Positions 12,110 to 25,653 of a stretch of 64,000 nucleotides of DNA are shown here, piece after piece. Position 1 is the first letter of the stretch. Each line of letters opens with the position of its first letter. The stretch covers positions 3,205,824 to 3,269,823 of the forward strand of contig NC_057756.1 in assembly GCF_004010195.1 (NCBI RefSeq). The letters run 5' to 3'. Source of the stretch: Chiloscyllium plagiosum. Its lineage: Eukaryota. The notes under the pieces were generated by a model. The model was not told the origin of the DNA and ran no database searches. It saw nothing but the letters and a program-made list of their open reading frames with translations. Made by a program: the position numbers and the translations under genes.

Positions 12110-15100
12110 ACGTTGACACAAAACAGGGAAATATTCATGAATAACGTCTATTTCAGTCCATTTTCCGTTTTCCCACCACTGAATGCATTTGACATCTTTT
12201 ATCAATGTAAAGATAATGTGTTAGCAATTACGTGCACCAGTAGTGACATGGTTTTTCTACATCTGTTAAATTTTATTGTTGCAAGAACCATCTCCATCAA
12301 ACCAGTATGATTTTTTTTTCTTTATTTCAATAGTTTTAGGGATTATGGTCAGTATATACAAAAGTATGAGGCACATTGCTGTCAAAATGGAAAAGAAAAT
12401 GTAATGTGGAGACTTCAACATTCATGTCAAGGCCTTCTTTCTCAATTGTGCAATATTTATGTTCATGATTATTCAATTTTCTGGAAAAGTACCCAATATG
12501 TCTCTCTAACATTTTGACATCTTTCTTTATGAGTACAGCGCCGATAACAAAGTCACTCATATTCACTTTGAATGGCATTGCATGATTTAATCTGGCAAGT
12601 ACAGGGCTAGTTATTACCATAGATTTCAGGTTGTCGATTCGTTTTGGCACTCTGCCATTCACGGAAATTTGCTGCACTATTCTTCAGGTCAATCAGTGGA
12701 TAAGCCAGTCTGGTAAAATTCGGTAAAAACTTCTGACCAAAAAGATACAGTCACAGGCGTACTTGCCTCTTCGTCGATATTTCTGGAAACTCGCCCAGCC
12801 CCCAAAATATACACTTGTTTGAATAGTCAAAAGGGCCATTTGTCAATGTCCAATGATATAGCTAAGGGTTGGGACTTGAGTTTTTTTTGCACTCACTCTT
12901 TGCCAAGATTATCACCAAAACTGTTCCCAAAGTCGGAGTAAACGTCCTGACAGATGATTCGAATGTTGCTCCAAATTGGAACAAATAATCTCCAGACCTC
13001 GATGTCAGTCACATAATTGAAAAACGCGAAATGTTACCAGTTTAATCTAGTATGTTCTATTAGCCATTACGAGACACAAGATCCCTTCCCATCTTTTGGA
13101 TCAAGATGCATGCCAATATCCACCGAGTCAGTCCAACTTAGATGTATAAGATGCTTGTCCCACCTTCTCAATTGCTTCTTCCAAATATGAAATAGAATGC
13201 AAAACAGACTGACGTTTTGATGCCCCATATATCATCGTTGGGAGCACAATGGTTTTGGCACCATTGGTAAGGGTCAGCTTCAGTCTCTGCAACTCATTTC
13301 GATTATCTTCACAAAGAGCCTGAGTTTAAGATCATTGCAAAACTTTGCCAAAATTATGAGATTAATTCTTTAAACTGTTGATTAATTGGAACAGCATTAT
13401 AAGTGTCACAATTATCCGAAATTACGTTATTACTTCCCAGCCTTTTCTGATGTATATACAGATGTCACTGTGATAAATCTTTCAGATTATTTAGATTCTC
13501 TACTGAAAGATATCTCAATAATGTATCCATATTTTGAAAACTTCACCATTGCTCAATTTCAAGTGAGGACTGTCCAATTCAGAATCATCTGAACTTCCTT
13601 CTTCTCTCTGTATTACTAAGAGTAACGCATTCTCCTTTAAAGTTACTTCACTATCAAAATAACCTCAAAGCATATTCAAGTGACAAATACTGTGTGATTT
13701 CTTTCTATCTGGCGTTCTTCGCAAATAATTCATGTCATTCAACCTCATTCGATATTAAAATGTCTTGGCTGCTTCCTGTTTCATCATATGCTATGTTCCC
13801 CATAAATAGGTTCAAGCCAATGCACACTTCCTGTGTAATCTTTTCCCAACATTTGGCAATACGTCCAAAATGTGTTCACTGAATTCAGACTCACCAAATA
13901 CTCGTTAATTACTTCGAGTGGTCTTCTCATTGCATTCTCTAAATCTAACTCAAACGGATTGAATTTTATCAGTACATTTGATGCAAGACCAATTGTAAAA
14001 TGTGCCAGGAGAATTCCATTATCCCAGTCTTCTGGATAATCTTCACGATAAGCTCCCAAAACGGTCTTTAGTGTCTGATGCCACCGTTCTAAGGTCCCCA
14101 TGCATTTCAGATGGTATACCATGGGTTTAATTTGTTTTATTTTCTAACCAACCTCTCCGCCCTTGAATGATTTTGATTTTGACTTAAATGTGACCTTTGA
14201 TCTGAGTGTATCTCTATGGGTAATTCGTGTCAAGTGAAAAAAGAATGAGTAACCCTTCTACCCTCCTTTCACCTGTGTGATTGAACAACCGAATGGTCTT
14301 TGGAAATCTCGTGCCCGCATCCACGATGGTCAACAAAAACTGATTCCTATGTTTTTTTTGTGTAGGTATCTAAAATGTAAAATGTTCTGCAGAAGTGGGA
14401 ATAGTTATTGAAGATGCGGGTTCTACCGTTGCCTGAGGTTTTCTAATCACCTAACACTTCTCATACGTTTGGCAAAATCCGAGCACAGCCCTATGCAGGC
14501 CAGAACATTTTTTTTTGCATTTGTCTGGACTTTTCCTGACTCCCAAATGATCTCCTATTGGTAATTCATGTACTACCTTCAACGCCTCCATCCTAGAACC
14601 CATCAGTAGTATGGCTACGAGTCATAGAATGATACTGTATGGAAATCGACACTTCGGTTCAACCAAAGCATGATGACAAAATTCCCAGAATAATTAAACC
14701 ACACCTGACCGTTGCTGGCCCACATTCCTTCACACGTTTCCTATTCATTTACTTGACCAAATTCTTTGAAAAGTTGTACTTATACGCAAAACAACCATTT
14801 CCTCAGGAATATCACACCTTAAGTGAACCACGCTATGTGTAAAAGAAATGCCATCCATTTTTCATTTAAACTCTCTCTTCTCAATTTAAAATAAAAATGT
14901 GCCCGGAACTCTTGAAGTCCCACATCCGCGGAAACAAAAAAACACGATCTATAACTCTGTGTATACCCCTCGTAATTTTATGAACATTAAAGTCCCAGCT
15001 GATCCAATCCTTCTTTCTAAGTCAAACGTTCCATGCAAGGCAACATTTTGGTAAATGTATTCTGAACACTTTCCAGCTTAAGACTAACCTTCCTATATCT

Positions 15101-17700
15101 CGGGAAAAAAAAGTACTGGACAGAATTTTCCAGCACAAACCTCAGGTATTTCCTCCACAACCTCAACATTACTTCACAACCCCTGTACTCCAAGGACTGC
15201 GCAGTGACAGTAAACGTGACAAACACACTCTTAAAATGTTGATATGTGAAACAAAACTTGCACTCCGATGTCCTCGTTCCACAACACGTCCCTACTATTA
15301 ATGATATAAACTCTCCTCTTGTGCGTTATAAAATTCAACACTTAACATTTATCAAGGTTGAACTCAACCTGCTATTCACAGCATATTGAACAATTTGATT
15401 AAGATTGCTTCAAAAAACTTCGAAAAACTTATTCAATGTCTGCTATACAAAGAGGTTTTACCCATTTGCCCATTTCTCACCTGTCTTAACATGTGGTGTT
15501 CTCAATTGTCTCATTTTTTAAATAGAAATGACTTTTCTGAGACATGCTCAGATGCTTTTTCAGTGGATCCTTTTTGAAACAATCGATTTAGTTTTCATCT
15601 TACTGTTGTAACTCAATTAATTTGCCCGAACTAAAACACTCACTGTTCTTGTCTTTTCCTTCTCAACCATTTGATCATGAACTCAGACAACTGCATTTCC
15701 ATTTCATTATTTTGTTCTTTGATTTCTCCTCCTGCTTTAACCTGGGGCTTTGTGAAGTTGTTGTCACACAATCAGGAAAAATCCCTCGATATGCTTTCTA
15801 TAATAGTTGAGTTGCCTGATTTTCAAATGCGATTTTCAATCACAGAAAACACAACGACCTATGATGCATACTTTATTCTGGTGGAAGCTCCTAATCTTCT
15901 TTTCTAACTTCTCTTTCCCATTTTGTATTCCATGGTAGCCTTTAATAAACTACATTTATTATCTTTCGGGAGATCTCTTTTTCCCATTACCGCTTCAGGA
16001 TTTCTCTTTTCCCAAAATTTCTAACTATTAATAATTGAAATTGGTGTATGAAGCCAGAATTTGATTCAACAACCAAATCATTATCGTCGGCCATTTCAGA
16101 TAATAATCTTACAGTTTTAAAACTCTTGTACCCATGAGTTCTCATTACTTCAGTAAGTGAATTCTTGAATACTTCTGAAATAATCGTCTCTCTACAAACA
16201 CTTATACACCCATCAAAATTACGTTGTTTGATTCTTTCAAACTCAATTTTTGATTAACCAGGGTCCCTCAATAGATTCCTGAAAGGTTGACTGTAAACTT
16301 CTGACCCTGGCTAAAATGAACTTAAGTTGGCGAACATGCCAACTCATACTCCCAGATACCTCTTCTGATACTGATGCAACCGTCTCACTGGCTCTACCTA
16401 ACAACTTCGTCTGGATAAATAATATCCACATTATCAGCAGCCATTTTATTTAAGAGCCAACTTCTCAAGTTTAGTTTTATGAATATGCTCCACATGCATC
16501 TTCTTGAATGTAAGAAACACTTAGAAATATATAAGCAGATCACCACCTGCCCTTTGCCTACAAAACATTTGCTAACGATCACTATCCTCCTCCCTATGCA
16601 TAACTTTCACCATTAACTCTGTGCTTTTAAGTCGATTTTCCTCTCTAATTGCCAACTTCTGACGTTCAGACTTGCCCTGTTTCTTCTACAAGAACTATCC
16701 TCGATTCTCCTTTTTTCTCTGTCTTTAATCGTTTTTTGATGTGTTTCATTTCCTTTTTTTAATATTTTGGTTACTTCTATCAGCATTAAATGATCCTTTT
16801 TTGTATGGAATTCGGCTTCTTGAATTTTAGCCATTTCCAAAGTTGCAGTGACACACCCGCAAAAAGATCCTCTTTCGTCACCGACCAAGGCAATCGCAAG
16901 TCCAACTTGTTCGCCTCTACCAACACCTTTGCCTTGCTCACATTTGCAAGACTCCCAAAGTCACGTCTTCTCTCCAAAGTAACTTGACAGAAAGAGATAT
17001 ATTATACAAGTCACACCACTTTTCAAACAACTGTTTGAACACCTTCAAAAAGAACACAAACATCGATCACTCGCCAACTCTAACAATCTGAATACCAACT
17101 TGAAACTTCATAGTTTGCTTCTCGACAAGCCCACAGCTTTTTATGTGACAGACCAGAAACCTCAGGATATTTTTCTCACATAAAATCGGCACTTCTTTTG
17201 TTATAAACTAATCGATATGAAGCAAACAGTATAGTTGATATACAAACAAAAGAAAGAGGAATTTAGAATACCTAAACTATTGGAAAACTTTTCCAAATAA
17301 CAGATGCAACACCTATTATTAATTAACTGTTTCAATGTAATAACATCCGATAAACATACCCCTTGACTGAAAGGAAACGTCAGACACAGAGTCGTCCATT
17401 AAGAATTATAATTCAGGAAGAAAAGAGTACATCAAGGGAAAATTCAGGGAGTATATCAACCAGGACATTGAATGAAATTTCCATCTCAATTAAGAAGCCA
17501 AAATCTATTGGTCATAATACTACAAAACGGGAAATCCTGTTGCATAATACCTGGTCACATCTAGTATGGTTGTACAAAATAGCTGAACACTCCTGAGGAG
17601 TCTACTTAAGGCGTTGTCAGCAGCTAGTTCGGTGTTTCTGTCTTTAAAAATGTTTTAAAATAGGAAATTAAAAAAATCAGGGGGAAATAACTTTGAATCA
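12110..17700 (-). mobile_element. Gmr1-like Gypsy LTR retrotransposon, decayed (LTR about 17140-17700, gag, IN, RT, RH), with CR1 insert
   Basis: Order on the minus strand: gag with SCAN-like segment (about 16080-16200), integrase (ORF 13784-14122 LERWHQTLKT..YPEDWD), RT (about 12700-13350), RNase H (ORF 12336-12677 IGYFSRKLN..KYCTIEKE..VYTDHNP). Confidence 0.88.
14619..15400 (-). mobile_element. CR1 3' fragment nested in the Gmr1-like element
   Basis: ORF 15017-15226 (LEYRGCEVMLRLW..LESVQNTFTKMLP); tail 'gagtcatagaatgatactgtatggaaa' at 14619. Confidence 0.85.
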
Positions 17701-17705
17701 TCACA

Positions 17706-20060
17706 CTATGCAACCGAGTGTACCAACTGGCACTCATGCACCTGTCCCAGATCAGCTGGGTCAGTCAACATGAGAAGGGTGTCGGTAGCACATGTAAGAA
17801 ATGTAACTCCTGTGAATGGCCTCAGCAGAGCCAACACCAGAATCCTCCTGTTCAGGAACTGTAGGAAACAGTCCACAGGCAGAGAAAATCTTTGCCCGGG
17901 AAATTGAATCACCTGATGCACTTCTTTTCTGAATCAATGGACACCATTAGCGACGGAATAACGTTCTTCAGAAACTCTGGTAGTGTGCAAATATCCGACA
18001 TGTTGAAGAAACATAAACTTCCACTGAAAGCTCTCGGTGTTCAGAGTATAATTCCATGATTTACACTATTGAATTCATTTTCCACTTCAAGGTTCAGTAA
18101 GGATACAGAATGGAAGTTCATAAATAAATGAAGATTCCCTTTCTTCGGCAGCAGAAAGATGTCCACCATGCGCTAAGAAGTTTGCCGTGGCCCGCTCGAC
18201 AAACATTCCTCCAAATCTTGTGCATGGGCACTCGCCAGGATATCTGAAAGTATATCTAATACTTCCATGGTCTAGGCCCGGGATTTGCCCAACTCGACCT
18301 GTTTGAGAGCTCCAGTCAGATCCTCCAAAGTGGCTGGAACATCAAACATCCTGTCGACCCCCAGGCTGGCCAGTAGGCGTATCTCTGATGGCATCCTCCA
18401 AGGCAGGTAATGAAGACATCAGAGATGTGTAGGTTTTTTTGCCTTGGTTGTCATTCCCTCTGGATCCGAGGCGAGGGACCTGCTCTCGGCCAACAGCACA
18501 GGGGGCTACTGACGGACTCCACACCTTATTTTAAACAATTAGGAGGAAGGGAATTCATAGTACAAGTACTTGATGAGCTGTATTTGTGATGTCAAGTTCA
18601 TTTCTGGGATTCCACAAGCTCTAGGTCTCAGGACGAATGATCCACTCTTCTTACCGGTCTACTAACCACAGCCTTGCATGTACTGAAGCACATTGGGCTG
18701 ACAGAGGTATAACGCCAGATCCAGCACGTTTTTCTCCAGCTTATTGGTACTGCATTGTCGCCTGTTTATGGATCCACTCATTTTCTCCTGACAGAAGACA
18801 GGGACATGAGTCTTGCCATTATCACACTATATTTTCAAGAAGTAGATGCCCTCGCCATCCTCATTTCCTTCCCCCAGCAGTTCATAACTAATATAAAGGA
18901 TCTTAGAATCACTCCCTCTTCAGCCGCAGTTCGTCACCGTGCCAATAGCCGAGCCATGATTGGAATCAAATAGCCCCCATCCACACTAAGTTGTAATCAA
19001 TGGACATCACATACCAAATAAAGTTCGTGTACAAAGGGCTATGATTAAAACATGGCGACATTTTAATTTAGCGGTGGGAGAATCCACTGAAATCCCTTGT
19101 GGCCACAGTCATGGTAGGTCATGAAAGAGGAGAACCAGAGAGTACCACAGGCTCGTACCAGGAGGTGTAGTACCGACTTCTGGTAACGATGATGTCCTCC
19201 CACTGCAGGCAGTGACTTTTAAAAAAATCTTTTCCATGATGGTGATCTCCTTTACCCCTATAACATGGAGTTTCAGAGATTATCATGCCTTCCCGCCCAA
19301 CACTCGACAACCAGACTGGGAGCGATAATGTTATGAAAACCGCCTCGATCATTTTCAATCCCACCCAGAATCTGAGGGACCGTGTGCTGAAAGGCTGCCT
19401 GGCAATCAGACACCTAATCGCGCATTTTGCACTTCAAACCAGGCTGGGCTTCCTCAGGATTTATCAGAGAGGATCAGGGGTCAGGCTCTGGTCTGCAGCT
19501 ACGGCCCTCAGATGGACGGTGATCGGCGCTCAGGCACCCACGGCTCACAGTCATACTCTGGGGACCACTATTACCATACCCAAATGTCGACTGGCTGAGT
19601 TCAATCTCATGTTTCTCATCGCTGAGATATATGCTTAGCCAGCGGAGCATTTTAACACAGAATTTCAGGTCAACCAAAATTCCTAATTTGTATTTAACTG
19701 GTCTACCGAGCACAAAACGACATTTCTCGTGAAGCTGCCTTAGGCAGTTCCAATTCCTGTACACCGTCTTTCCAAATATATGCCTACCATCCTCCTCCAG
19801 AGAATGTGAAACTGATCTCCAGCTCGGGTCTGCCTTACAAGGCTCAGGATATTACCATGATTATGCACTATAGCCAATGACAGCCAATAGCGGCCTGTGT
19901 ACATTTGTAGCCTTCAATGTCAGGCAATCCCTTCTCACGTGACCCATCTCTTTGCAGAGGTTACATTACTCAGCATCCGCCATCCAAAAGGCATAGTAGA
20001 CCGTCCACTCATGATGCATGATAAATTCTCCGATCTACAGACATCATTATTTATGCACCT
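17706..20060 (-). mobile_element. Tx1-like (L1 clade) LINE, truncated at both ends and internally deleted
   Basis: Intact ORF1 knuckle CNLCKEMGHVRRDC at 19965-19924; endonuclease remnants about 18500-19000; RT remnant LTCATDTLLMLTDPADLGQVHECQLVHS (ORF 17706-17921) matches the YADD region. Confidence 0.8.
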
Positions 20061-20089
20061 ACAAACCATGAGCAAATAACAAGAAACCA

Positions 20090-23000
20090 CACACCAGAGG
20101 AACAGTCCCTTTGGTACATGAGGCTTTATCGAAAAAGCATGCCTTTCTGCACTGAATGTGTTTGGTCTTTCTGTGTTCCATTTCCCTCTATTCGTTTGAC
20201 GATTTTGACTAAAGCAAGACAACCTAAGTCTGAGATGCACTGTCCACTGATACGTCATGTGTCTCAGGATGAGTTGTTAGAGAGACGGTGGCAGCAGGAA
20301 GTCAGTACTCCACAACATTTTAGAAGTGAAGCAATAGCAAAGGAATGATTCTGCAAATAGAGTGAAACGTGTTCCTAGAAAGGTGGCATAGTGTACCAGC
20401 TGCCGCACCACATGTAACTTTGTTGGTAAATAATGGATATCAAACTAAAGATTTAGGAACGCTGGCCAGATATTTAGAAACAGTTAGGGAATGACATATG
20501 CTCACGACGGGTGTTTGTGAATCTGGGGATGTCTGCTGCATTAAAATCCTAGCATGCTGCAACCTGACAGAGGATCTGAAGGAGGTCAAGGCAACACCCC
20601 AGCGGAGCATGCCAATGACAGCGGAGGGCGATAATCAATATGGTACGAGCAATTGGATACTTTACCAGCCACTTTGTGGTCAGTGCATGTGGGGAGATGT
20701 GGGGAGAGTGGAGTCAGCTAGCCCAGGGAAATAAGGTTGAAAACGGGAGCTATTCTGCCTAAAGAACTGCAGTATCCTTTGAAACCAGAGGCGGTTGAGG
20801 GAATAGCAACAACAATACGATGATTGGTGAATACAGGGGTACTTAAAGATACGAATAAACCATTCAACATTCTTTCGTTACCAGCTTTAAAGGCAAACGA
20901 GTCGAAATGGAGACTTGTACATGATTTAAGAGCAGTAAAAATGTTAGTGCAGGATTGCCCAGCAGTTCTTCCTAATCTGCACATGCTGCTAAATAATGTG
21001 CCCCACAAACAGCTTGGTTCTCAATAGTAGATTTATGTTCTCCTTTCCTTAGCATTCACCGAGCAGACCACTGCTGGTATCTGTTTGCTTTTATACACAA
21101 AGGTCAGCAGTACTCTTCTACAAAAATGCCCCAGGGGTTTAAGAATTCATCGCATACATTCAACCAAGCGTTAATCAGAAATATAGGGTATGTCTTTAGA
21201 AAGTACGCTGATACAGTATGTTGATGATTTGCTTGTCTGTTTAGATAGTCGGGAACACTTTGAGCAAGATAGCCTTTTCCTTGGAAATAACTGGAGGACT
21301 GGGGTGGCATAAGGTTTCCAGGAAAAAAGCTGACGTTTTGCAAACACCAGGTCGAGTATTTGGGTAGGGTGGTTGCGAAGGAAACAAAGGCAATTGCACC
21401 AAGTCAAATTAAAGCAATCGTTAAAATTCAAAAGTCAGAGACATTAGGGAAAATGATGACAGTTTTAGCATGACAGGATTTAGCGCAGATTGGATTGAGG
21501 AGTTTGCTGAGACTATTGCAGCCATAAGGAAGATGATGAAAGTTGTCAGACATTCATGTTTAAGGAGTTTTTTACAGTGGAATGAAGAGGTTATAACAGT
21601 TTTCAATACCCTTAAACGAGCTTTGCTGTTAGCCTCAGTATTGCTCTTGCCTGATTACGACAAACGTTTTCACCTTTATGTGTCAAACAGGTGGAAATGA
21701 TCCACAGCTGCGTATTAATGCAGGAGATATGTGTGGAGAGAAGAATGCAGCCAATTGCTTCATACAGCACCCAACTAGGTGAAGTACCTCAGGGCTATCA
21801 TCGTGGATCGCTATCAGGGATTGGTGGATACTTATTGTGCACATGAAAGAACATCCTCAGTAACAATGGGGTACCCAATAATCCTATATACGCATAATAA
21901 AATGACAAAGTTATTGGAGAAAGGGAAATTTGTACTGACACCAGCTAGAATATTAGCATATCGGATGTTGCTGACATTTCCCGACACAACAGTAGGGAGT
22001 TACACTAGAAGAATCATACCGGCCTACATCGCACTTTGGTATGTGGGACAGCCCCATAATTGTATAAGGGAAGCAACTGCATTTGCCAAATGAGACCTGA
22101 TTTACAGTCCGAGACACTGCCCAATGTAGATAAGGAGGTTCTATTTGTGGACCGTTCCTGCTATGGGGATTATAATGGGAATAATGCAGGTTCTCGGTTG
22201 TAAGACAGGACCAGTCCCAGTGCAAGACAATTAAACTGGAAACTTGTCCACAGCCATACTCAGCTCAATTTGATGATCTTATCGCATTGATGGCGGCCTG
22301 TGAAATGATGGAGGGTAAAAAAGCTGACCTTAATACTGATTTGGCTAATGTACATGGGTTATACCATCTGTTTCAGGAAGTGTGGGAGCAAAGAGGATTG
22401 TAGAAGTGTAATGGGGATACCATGCAACACTGCCAGCAGATTGTAGAGCTAAGGACTTCAATGATGAAGGCAAGGCACGAGCTATCATTATGTGCCAAGC
22501 ATACAGAAAATGCACTGATATGGTGGTAAGGGGTAATCAGGCTGTGGATGAAGCGGCTAAGATAGCTTCGGGTTGCTCTTCAGCTGTCAATATGCCTCAG
22601 GTGCAGATAGATCCAGAACCAACGATAGAGGACCTCATTGAAAGACAAGAGAGGGCTACCATGGCTGAGCAAACACTATGGAAGCACTGGAATGGTAGGC
22701 AGAATAAAGAAGGTTTACGGAAGTCAGACGAAGGTTTTTGGGGAGCACCCACCCCGTTGTTGACAATTCTTACTTCAGAGACACATGCATTGGTTCAATG
22801 TGCCCGAGGGGAAGTGCTGAGGAAGATAAAACGGGATGCTTTCAGGTCACCAATACTGCAGGCTTCAGTGTGCTATTTATTGCTACAATGTGAGATGTGT
22901 GCACAGTATAATATTAGGAAGGAGATAGCGCCCCCTGTAAGACTCATAACAGTGCCTGAAGGGACATTTAAGCATTTAACACTTGACTACGTGCACATCA

Positions 23001-23730
23001 TTTTAAAAAAAGGTGAGAGGGAAAAGGTACATGTTAGTGGTAATTGATAAGTTTACTGATAGATAGAAGCTGTCCCTTCCAATGATGCAGGAGCTAGTAC
23101 AGTAGTGAAATTTCTAATGAATGAATTTGTCGTAAGGTTTGGTGGACTGTTGTGAAACAATACAGATAATCGCTCTGCCTTCATTCAATAAGTAGTTAAG
23201 TTGGTGCTGCAGTCTCTGAGAATTAAACAGAGCTTTGAGTGTGTATATCATCCCCAGTCACAGGGTATGAATGCGGCATTTCAACCCAAAATAAACAGGA
23301 TCTGCACAAGCACCAACCTTAATTGCATTGATGCTCTGCCGCTGGCTTTATGAACTTGTGACATACAGACTAATTGAATGATCAATTTAACACCGTTTGA
23401 GATGCTTATAGGTAGCCCTATGCCAATGCCCAATTGGAGAGGCCCATACGAAGGGCCTATCTTGGAGCAGTGAAGCTTAGAACTTAAGCAGTATATATAG
23501 CGGCTAACTATGACATATGAGACTATCCACATGCAAGAAGCACAAAGGAAACCGACACATATAAACCGACCTATTAAGCCCGGGGAATGGGTAAACGTGC
23601 GGATCTTTTGAAGACGCTGGAATGAACCGAGGAGAGAGGGACCTTTCGTCGTGACTAAGGCATCACCTACCGCCATCCAAATGGAGGAATGACACATAAG
23701 ATACCATCTTGATCATTGTGCTAAAGCTCC
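20090..23730 (+). pseudogene. pol: Endogenous retrovirus pol (RT, tether, RNase H, integrase), frameshifted
   Basis: QYPLKPEAVEGI, KWRLVHDLRAV (ORF 20824-21027), MPQGFKNS, QYVDDLL (YVDD 21217-21228), LLLPDYDKRFHLYV, RGNQAVDEAAK, THALVQCARG..CEMC zinc-finger, YHPQSQGM, LTPFEMLIGSPMP, REGPF. Confidence 0.93.
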
Positions 23731-24469
23731 CTACCGGCACATACTAACTATGACTCTGAGGTATGTGGTGTTGAGGCTGAGTACCTTGGACACAGGCAGG
23801 GCACACAGGAGGACAGTAGCCTGAGCAGGATTCTGATCAGAGTGCAATTAAACTTCTTGGCTATACTGATCATTTCCAGAGATTATATTGATGGAGATAT
23901 GGAGCATAGCACTTCTCCTGGCAGCGGGGATGGGGGAAACAAGAGGGACGCCCCTAATATACTCTCTTCTGATGCCAGGACTACTTAACCAGACCATAAA
24001 GGTGGCAATCCTGGACTGGTAATGATAGAGTCACTCAGGTTTGGAGGTAAAGGCGTATTCCAAGTGTGAACCTTGCTGCCCTAACATGGGTACGCGCCTG
24101 TGACCATCAATGGTATCAATGAGCAAACCACACGGCCGTAATAATGGTTAGACAGGTCTTTTTCTTCTGTACTAAGGCGACTCTCTCATACTATATTGTC
24201 CCTATGTCCTATAACCCGACCACCTGTCCTCAATGGCGTTTGCAGCAGTCTAGCCGAGTCTTAACCCAGATGATTCATAAAATTACATGTTATCCTAATG
24301 CCCCTTTTGGTACCTCCGACATCGGGCCTCCTCCTTCTACCAGCAGAATGACGTTGGCAGGCAGCAACTCCAATCTTGGTGTCGCTATAGTAACACGTGA
24401 TCCACCAACATGGCTAATTACACGTTTCCCGTTGTTGCTTTCATGATATATAAAGAGTTATGTTTTGAA

Positions 24470-25350
24470 TGCTTTAAGCGAAATGATTCCATACTAGTAG
24501 GTTATTTGAAGAGTCTTTCCGGAATAAGATTGAAGTCGAGGTGGACACCACAGTTGGGGCAATCTTAAAGTCTCAACATGTCCCACAGGTAGATACTTGG
24601 TGGCTGGGTGTAAGGAAGGAAGTTTGCGTCTGACGCTGCCCACTCACTTGACTGGCAGCAGTGCCCATGTAATGTTCCACATGAGGTAACTGTTTCACCA
24701 TATGAGCAGCTTCACACTACCACACAGTCAGCTTTGCGCCGAACTAAGCGATGGTATGTCCCTGATAAACTATTCAGATTGATAGCATAGGAGAGGCAAC
24801 AGGTATTCCAAATGATTTTAAGGCCCGCAATGAGATTGCTTGCCATGCGCTGGGAGTCTCTCATCCCAGTGATAGGGGTGAGCAGGAATGCTGAATGGAC
24901 AAAATACATTTATTACCAACAGCAGAGATTTATCAGTCATACTGACGATGCCCTGTGGCTTTGGGAGAACAAGTGGTAGACACAACGAAAATTACATGTC
25001 AATACAGGCAGGCCTTAAATTGGATCCTGACAAAAAAACGGTTTGTTTGATGTTTAGGAAGCATTGCTATAACTTTATACCTAACAACACTAACTCGGGT
25101 GGATCCTTTACTAAAACAATATAAAAACTAAAGATTCTAAGACAGGAGCTAAATGACCATGCAGGGATGTCCCTGATTGGTTGAATAATATTAATAGGGT
25201 CTTGGGGAGCATGGTTTGTCAAGATTGGTCTTATTATAGGTGCGGTTTTACTTGTTGTCACCTTCGTCTTTTGTTGTGCATTACCTTTTATGAAGTCTTT
25301 TTTATTTTAGTTCGTGTCACTACACAGCAACTTGTGTTCATTTCAGCTAC
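24470..25350 (+). pseudogene. env: ERV env (end of SU and TM), frameshifted
   Basis: Furin site RRTKR 24737-24751; IDSIG..TGIPNDFKARNEIA; WESLIPVIGVSRNAEWTKYIYYQQQRFI; CLMFRKHCY (CX6CC with last C to Y) 25044-25070 followed by NFIPNNT; hydrophobic TM at about 25205-25285. Confidence 0.9.
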
Positions 25351-25653
25351 CCATGGAACTGCTTCCTCCTCTGACAACTCCCATTGTGCAAGGAATATGC
25401 CCATGTGAGGACATGGATTATAATTCTGAAGAAAGCGCAGGTCCTAGATTGTGACGGATCTTGGGTATTTTTTCCTGTTCTGTTTATTGGAGGGCAGGTT
25501 TTTGGCAAAAGGGATCATGGAACGGAGGAAGAACCCTTTAGTCTCAGACTCCGAAAATTATTTTTTTCCGTCGTGGGACCTACATTGTTTGTATTGGCCA
25601 GCAGAGGAGCTGTGGTTATTGTCTTTTTTCATTAGGTGATACTAGTAGGTCTC

